Shown here: one piece after another, positions 59,028 to 64,000 of the stretch | Layout of the letters: each line of letters opens with the position of its first letter | Position numbering within the stretch: the first letter of the stretch is position 1 | NCBI GenBank assembly: GCA_963730945.1 | Contig: CAVSTV010000006.1 | Coordinates: 25,612-89,611 of the forward strand | Direction of reading: 5' to 3' | Length of the DNA: 64,000 nt | Source of the DNA: an uncultured Actinomycetota bacterium | GTDB taxonomy: Bacteria; Actinomycetota; Actinomycetes; Mycobacteriales; Pseudonocardiaceae | Notes under the pieces: generated by a model | The model's input: only the letters and a program-made list of their open reading frames with translations | Database searches by the model: none | What the model was told of the DNA's origin: nothing | Position numbers and translations under genes: made by a program

Positions 59028-60218
59028 ATGGATCCGGTGCGCAATCCGTTCGCCCCTGGCGCTGGTCAGCGGCCGCCCGAGCTCGCCGGGCGGGACCGCG
59101 AGCTGGACGCGTTCGAGATCGTCCTGGAGCGGGTGGCCCGCGGTCGCCCCGAGCGCAGCCTGGTGCTCACCGGCCTGCGCGGCGTCGGCAAGACGGTGCT
59201 GCTCGGCGAGCTGCGCTCGATGGCCATGCGGGCCGGCTGGGGTGCGGGCAAGATCGAGGCCCGCCCGGAGGCCGATCTGCGCCGCCCGCTGTCGGCCGCC
59301 CTGCACCGCGCGATCCGCGATCTCGCCGTGCAACATCCCAGTCCGGACCGGGTGGACGAGGTGCTCGGCGTGCTCAAGGCGTTCGCCCTGCGCTCGTCGC
59401 CGGACGGGGCCAAGCTGCGCGAGCGCTGGCAGCCGGGCATCGACGTGCCACCCACGAGCGGGCGCGCGGACTCCGGGGACATCGAGATCGATCTGGTCGA
59501 GCTGTTCACCGAGGTCGCCCAGCTCGCCGGTGACGTCTCCACCGGGGTGGCCATCCTCATCGACGAGATGCAGGACCTTCGCCCCGACGACATCTCGGCG
59601 CTGTGCGCGGCCTGCCACGAGCTGTCCCAGTCGCGGGCGCCGCTGGTGGTCGTCGGGGCGGGCCTCCCGCACCTGCCGGCCGTCCTGTCGGCGTCGAAGT
59701 CCTACTCCGAACGGCTCTTCAAGTACGTCCGGATCGGGCAGCTCGATCGGGCGGACGCGGACTTCGCGCTACTCGCTCCGGCCGAGCGCGAAGAGGCCTC
59801 GTTCGATGTCGACGCGCTGGACGCGCTCTACGCCGCATCGGGCGGCTACCCGTACTTCGTTCAGGCCTACGGCAAGGCCGCCTGGGACGCCGCGCCGCGC
59901 AGCCCGATCGGCGCGGCCGACGTCAAGATGGCCGCACCGGAGGCGGAGCTGGAGCTCGCGGTCGGCTTCTTCGGCTCCCGGTTCGAGCGGGCCACCCCGG
60001 CCGAACGCGAGTACCTGCGGGCCATGGCAGAGCTGGCCGACGGTCGCGACGAGCCGGTCGGCACCTCGATCATCGCCGAGCATCTGGCCCGGCGGTCCTC
60101 GTCGCTCTCGCCGGCCCGCGACAGCCTGCTCAAGAAGGGCTTGGTGTTCTCCGCGCAGCGCGGACAGATCGCGTTCACGGTGCCGCATTTCGGCCGCTAC
60201 CTGCTCGCGCAGGCCTAG
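59028..60218 (+). CDS. AAA+ ATP-binding protein with a C-terminal winged helix
   Basis: NPFAPGAG..PPELAGR, GLRGVGKT, ILIDEMQ, SGGYPYFVQ, LLKKGLVFS. Confidence 0.88.
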   Translation: MDPVRNPFAPGAGQRPPELAGRDRELDAFEIVLERVARGRPERSLVLTGLRGVGKTVLLGELRSMAMRAGWGAGKIEARPEADLRRPLSAALHRAIRDLAVQHPSPDRVDEVLGVLKAFALRSSPDGAKLRERWQPGIDVPPTSGRADSGDIEIDLVELFTEVAQLAGDVSTGVAILIDEMQDLRPDDISALCAACHELSQSRAPLVVVGAGLPHLPAVLSASKSYSERLFKYVRIGQLDRADADFALLAPAEREEASFDVDALDALYAASGGYPYFVQAYGKAAWDAAPRSPIGAADVKMAAPEAELELAVGFFGSRFERATPAEREYLRAMAELADGRDEPVGTSIIAEHLARRSSSLSPARDSLLKKGLVFSAQRGQIAFTVPHFGRYLLAQA

Positions 60219-60297
60219 CATCTGCTCCTAATGGGTGAATCCGTTCGGCGGCGGGGAAGACGGTAACGATCAACCGACTCCTGCCGATTTCCACTAC

Positions 60298-60347
60298 AGC
60301 CCCGTGGTGCTGTCGGACCCCCGACCTGACAGCGCCACGGGGCTTTC
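60298..60347 (+). terminator. Strong stem-loop followed by TTT, between the ATPase and groES-like genes
   Basis: AGCCCCGTGGTGCTGTC pairs with GACAGCGCCACGGGGCT (one G-U pair); 13-nt C-rich loop. Confidence 0.55.
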
Positions 60348-60419
60348 CGCTGCCGCTGCGCCGACTGCCGGCGACGGCCGGAATCGGACATGCAGTCGGG
60401 ACGTCGTAGCATCGGGCCG

Positions 60420-60737
60420 GTGCAGGACCCCAAACTCGAGATCCAGATGCTGCACGACCGTGTGATGGTGAGGGCCGACGGTGCCGGCGAGCGCACCAGC
60501 AATGCCGGGATCGTCATCCCGGCGACCGCGGAAGTTCCCAAGCGCCTGGTCTGGGGAGAGGTGTTCGGCGTCGGCAACCACGTCCGCACGGTGAAAGTCG
60601 GTGATCGGGTGCTGTACGCCCGGGACGACCAGTTCGAGGTCGACGTCCAGGGCATCACCTATCTGGTCCTGCGCGAACGCGAGGTGCACGCGGTGGCGGC
60701 CGAGCGGACCGAGCACGGAACGGGCCTCTACCTGTGA
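60420..60737 (+). CDS. GroES/Cpn10-family co-chaperonin paralogue with no adjacent groEL
   Basis: MLHDRVMV, AGIVIPATA, GEVFGVG, VKVGDRVLY, YLVLREREV. Confidence 0.85.
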   Translation: MQDPKLEIQMLHDRVMVRADGAGERTSNAGIVIPATAEVPKRLVWGEVFGVGNHVRTVKVGDRVLYARDDQFEVDVQGITYLVLREREVHAVAAERTEHGTGLYL

Positions 60738-60804
60738 CGATCCGGCAGCGGTGGTGGCCAAGGCTCCGGGGACGCGGCCGGAGACGGTGGGGGCAACGGA
60801 CTCC

Positions 60805-63445
60805 ATGCCCGAGCGGCAGCCCGCGCCCGGCGAGGTACCGGTCAGCCCATCCGGTGACGCCTCCGCCGGGGACGCGCCGGACACCCACCTCGACCAGCCC
60901 GCGCATGGTGAACCGACCGATCCGGACGGGGTCGCGCCGGCCGCGACGGGCCGCGCCGACGATCCGGACGCCATCGCGCCCGCGGGGCCCGAGCAGCCCA
61001 CCGCGACCGGCCCGGCGAACGACGCCGCGCCCGACGGCGCCGTCGGTGATCCGGACGCCGAGCCGGCAGGCACCGAATCGGGACCGGTGACCACGACACC
61101 GCAGGGGTTCCCACAGTCCCAACAACGGCCTCCGGCTCAACAGCCGATGGCCCCGCAACAGGCCATGGCTCAACCGCCCGTTGCTCAACAACAGCCCATG
61201 GCTCCACCGCAGATGGCCCACACCCCGCATGGCCCCACCGCACATGGCCCCACCGCACGGGGCCCCACCGAACATGGCGCCGCAGCCGCTGGCTCCGCCG
61301 CCCACGACCGGACCCCGCGCCGAGGACCAATCACCGGTGCCGCCGCGCTCGACCGCGACCGCGGCGCCGCCCGTCGGCATCACCGCTCGCGACCCCGACG
61401 ACGAGCCCACCAGCCCGCTCGAGGATGCCCCGACGGTGCAGACCGCGGTCAGCCGATCCGACCCGCGGCCGGCGCCGACCCAGCCCGACCCGGACACCGG
61501 CGAGCAGCCCACCGTCGCGGTGGCGGCCCTGGCCCGGGCGGTCGCCGAGTACGAGCGGCCCGACGACGAGGAGACCACGGAGACCATCCCGCGTCCCGAG
61601 GTCGCGGCCGCCGCCCCGCCGCCGTCCGACGCTGCGGCGCCCGCCAACGCGCCGGAGCAGCCCACCGGGTCGCCCGCCACGGCCGACACCGAGCAGCTGT
61701 CCGGGCCACCAGGCTCGCCACCGCCCGCTGGCCCCGACGCGGCCGGCTCCACCGACGGCCCGCCCCCCACCCGGCGGCGGCGCGCGCTGCTGATCGCCGG
61801 CGTGGTGATCGGGCTGCTCGCGCTGCTGTACGGCGGCGACCTGGCGCTGGGGGCGGGCAAGATCCCGCGCGGCGTGCTCGTCACCGGCATCCCGGTCGGC
61901 GGTCTCCCACTGGCCGACGCCGAGCGGCAGCTGCGGGGCCAGATCGAGCCGCGCGGCCGGCAGCCGATCGCGGTGCAGGTCGGCCAGGCCAGCAGCGAGA
62001 TCGACCCGACCGCGGCCGGGCTGAGCATCGACTGGCCGGGCACGATGGCGCGGGCCGCCGATCAGCCGTTCAACCCGATCACGCGGATCGCGTCGCTGTT
62101 CACCGAGCGCGAGGTCGGCGTGGTCAGCACGACCGACTCCGAGGCGCTCGATGCGGCGCTGGCCGCGCTGGTCCCGATCGTCGATCATCCGCCGATCGAG
62201 GGCACGGTCGCCTTCGAGGGCGCCACACCGGTGCCGGTGCAACCGGTTCCCGGTCAGCAGCTCGACGTGCCCGCCGCCGAGTCGGTGCTGCAGCGCGAGT
62301 GGGCCTTCGGCCGCCCGGTGCCGCTGCCCATCATCGTGCTGCCGCCGATCACCAGCCCCGAGGACGTCGCCGACGCGATCGAGGACGTGGCGAAACCCGC
62401 CGTGTCGGCACCGGTGGTGGTGACCGGCGAGGGCGGGGTCGAGGGCAACCTGACGCCGGAGGCGATCGCCGGCGTGCTCAGCTTCCGGGCCGATCCGGAC
62501 GGGCTCGTACCGGAGATCAACATCGAGGCCGCGGCGGAGGCGCTCAAGCCCCAGCTCGCCGCCTCGGAGACCCCCGGTCGGGATGCCTCGCTCGACTTCT
62601 CCTCGGGGCGGCCGGTGGTCAGCCCGTCCAAGGACGGCCGCGGGGTCGACTACGCGGCCACGCTCAAGGACCTGCTGACGGTGCTCACCGGCAGCGGCGA
62701 GCGGAAGATCACCGCGATCTACGCCGACCAGCCGGCCGAGCTCACCACCGAGAAGCTGAACGAGCTCGGGATCACCGGGGTCATCGGCGAGTTCACCACC
62801 CGCGGCTTCGCCCCGGACTCCGGCCGCAACATCCGGCGGGCCGCCCAGGTGATCAATGGGAAGATCGTGCAGCCGGGCAAGACCTTCAGCCTGAACGGCG
62901 CGACCGAGCCCCGCAACGCCTCCAACGGCTACGTCGAGGCCGGCATCATCTCCGACGGCCACGCTTCGCGGGGCGTCGGCGGCGGCGTCTCACAGGTGGC
63001 GACGACGCTGTACAACGCGGCCTACTTCGCGGGCATGGTCGACGTGGAGCACAAGGAGCACAGCTTCTACATCAGCCGCTACCCACCCGGCCGCGAGGCG
63101 ACCGTCTTCGACGACAAGATCGACATGAAGTTCCGCAACGACAACCCGACCGGCGTCATGATCCAGACGGTCTGGACCCCGCAGTCGATCACCGTTCGGC
63201 TGTTCGGGACCAAGCGCTACGAGGTGACCTCCACCCCGGGGCCGCGGACCAGCCCGACCGAGCCGCAGAAGGTCAAGATCGGCGACGGCGAGCCGTGCAG
63301 CGAGAGCAAGGGCGCGCCCGGCTTCACCGTCACCGACACCCGCACGCTGCGGGAGATCAGCACCGGGCAGGTGCGCACCGAGACCCGGACCGTCAAGTAC
63401 AACCCGTCGCCCATCGTCGAGTGCGAAGAGGACGACGACGACTGA
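60805..63445 (+). pseudogene. VanW-family protein with peptidoglycan-binding repeats and a long low-complexity N-terminus; apparent frameshift at ~61213-61228 (start uncertain)
   Basis: TM helix, then FSLNG, GGGVSQVATTLYNAAYFAG, HSFYISRYP.GREATV; the N-terminal Pro/Gln-rich part lies in a different frame from the body. Confidence 0.8.
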
Positions 63446-63533
63446 CATTAGCCCGGACGGATCGCGACCCTTTCGTGACCGGCGTCGGCTTCGTACTCTC
63501 GATCCATCAACGGCGATGGATCGGGGTCGGTGC

Positions 63534-63962
63534 ATGCGGATCGCGGACATACTGCGCAGCAAGGGCAGCACGGTGGCGACGGTGGCGCCCACGGCCACCC
63601 TCGCCGATCTGATCGGTGAGCTGGCCGAGCACAACGTCGGGGCGCTGCCGGTCGTCGACGGCGACGGGCAGCTGGTCGGCATCGTCTCCGAGCGCGACGT
63701 GGTGCGCCAGCTGCATGCGAACGGCCCCGACGTGCTCTACCTGCAGATCTCCGAGTTCATGACCGCCGGCGTGACGACCTGCTCGCCCGGGGACAAGGTG
63801 GCCGACATGGCGCGGATCATGACCGCGGGCCGCTTCCGGCACCTGCCGGTGCTGGCCGACGGAAAGCTGACCGGGATCGTCAGCATCGGCGACCTGGTCA
63901 AGGCGCGCATCGACCTGCTGGAATCGGAGCGCGAGCAGCTGCAGTCCTACATCGCCGGCTGA
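63534..63962 (+). CDS. CBS domain protein
   Basis: NVGALPVV..GIVSERDVVR and RHLPVL..GIVSIGDLVK CBS pair. Confidence 0.92.
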   Translation: MRIADILRSKGSTVATVAPTATLADLIGELAEHNVGALPVVDGDGQLVGIVSERDVVRQLHANGPDVLYLQISEFMTAGVTTCSPGDKVADMARIMTAGRFRHLPVLADGKLTGIVSIGDLVKARIDLLESEREQLQSYIAG

Positions 63963-64000
63963 TCCGCGGGTTGATCGGCCCCGGTCGAACCGGCCTCATC

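Noticed and set aside
60219-60420. CIRCE/HrcA operator upstream of the groES-like gene
   Set aside because: No TTAGCACTC-N9-GAGTGCTAA match on either strand.

Overview
High-GC actinobacterial chromosome segment; gene content and intergenic palindromes suggest Pseudonocardia or a relative (inference). It holds about 60 coding regions and no recognisable rRNA, tRNA or CRISPR array. The backbone resembles the mycobacterial NYN-trmB-(Rv0210-like)-pckA block and adds tldD/pmbA, cstA-ybdD, an amino-acid ABC operon and a bkd/pdh E1a-E1b-E2 operon. The main observations are: (1) a DUF222/HNH endonuclease gene with a perfect LexA box over its start, bracketed by a ~208-bp, ~95% identical inverted repeat carrying an internal 20-bp palindrome; (2) a furA-katG operon collapsed by deletion into a furA::katG fusion scar; (3) a stand-alone nitric oxide synthase inserted between NYN and trmB; (4) a decayed toxin/immunity-like island at about 14.8-16.7 kb; (5) a probable inactivated SF1 helicase; (6) tandem LAL-type regulators beside a methyltransferase-RraA-BKACE operon; (7) several REP-like palindromes and VNTRs; (8) single-base frameshifts in otherwise intact genes (GGDEF-EAL, tldD, cstA, vanW, DUF222), which may be assembly errors or real decay. 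All family calls come from motif recognition by eye; no database search was run.
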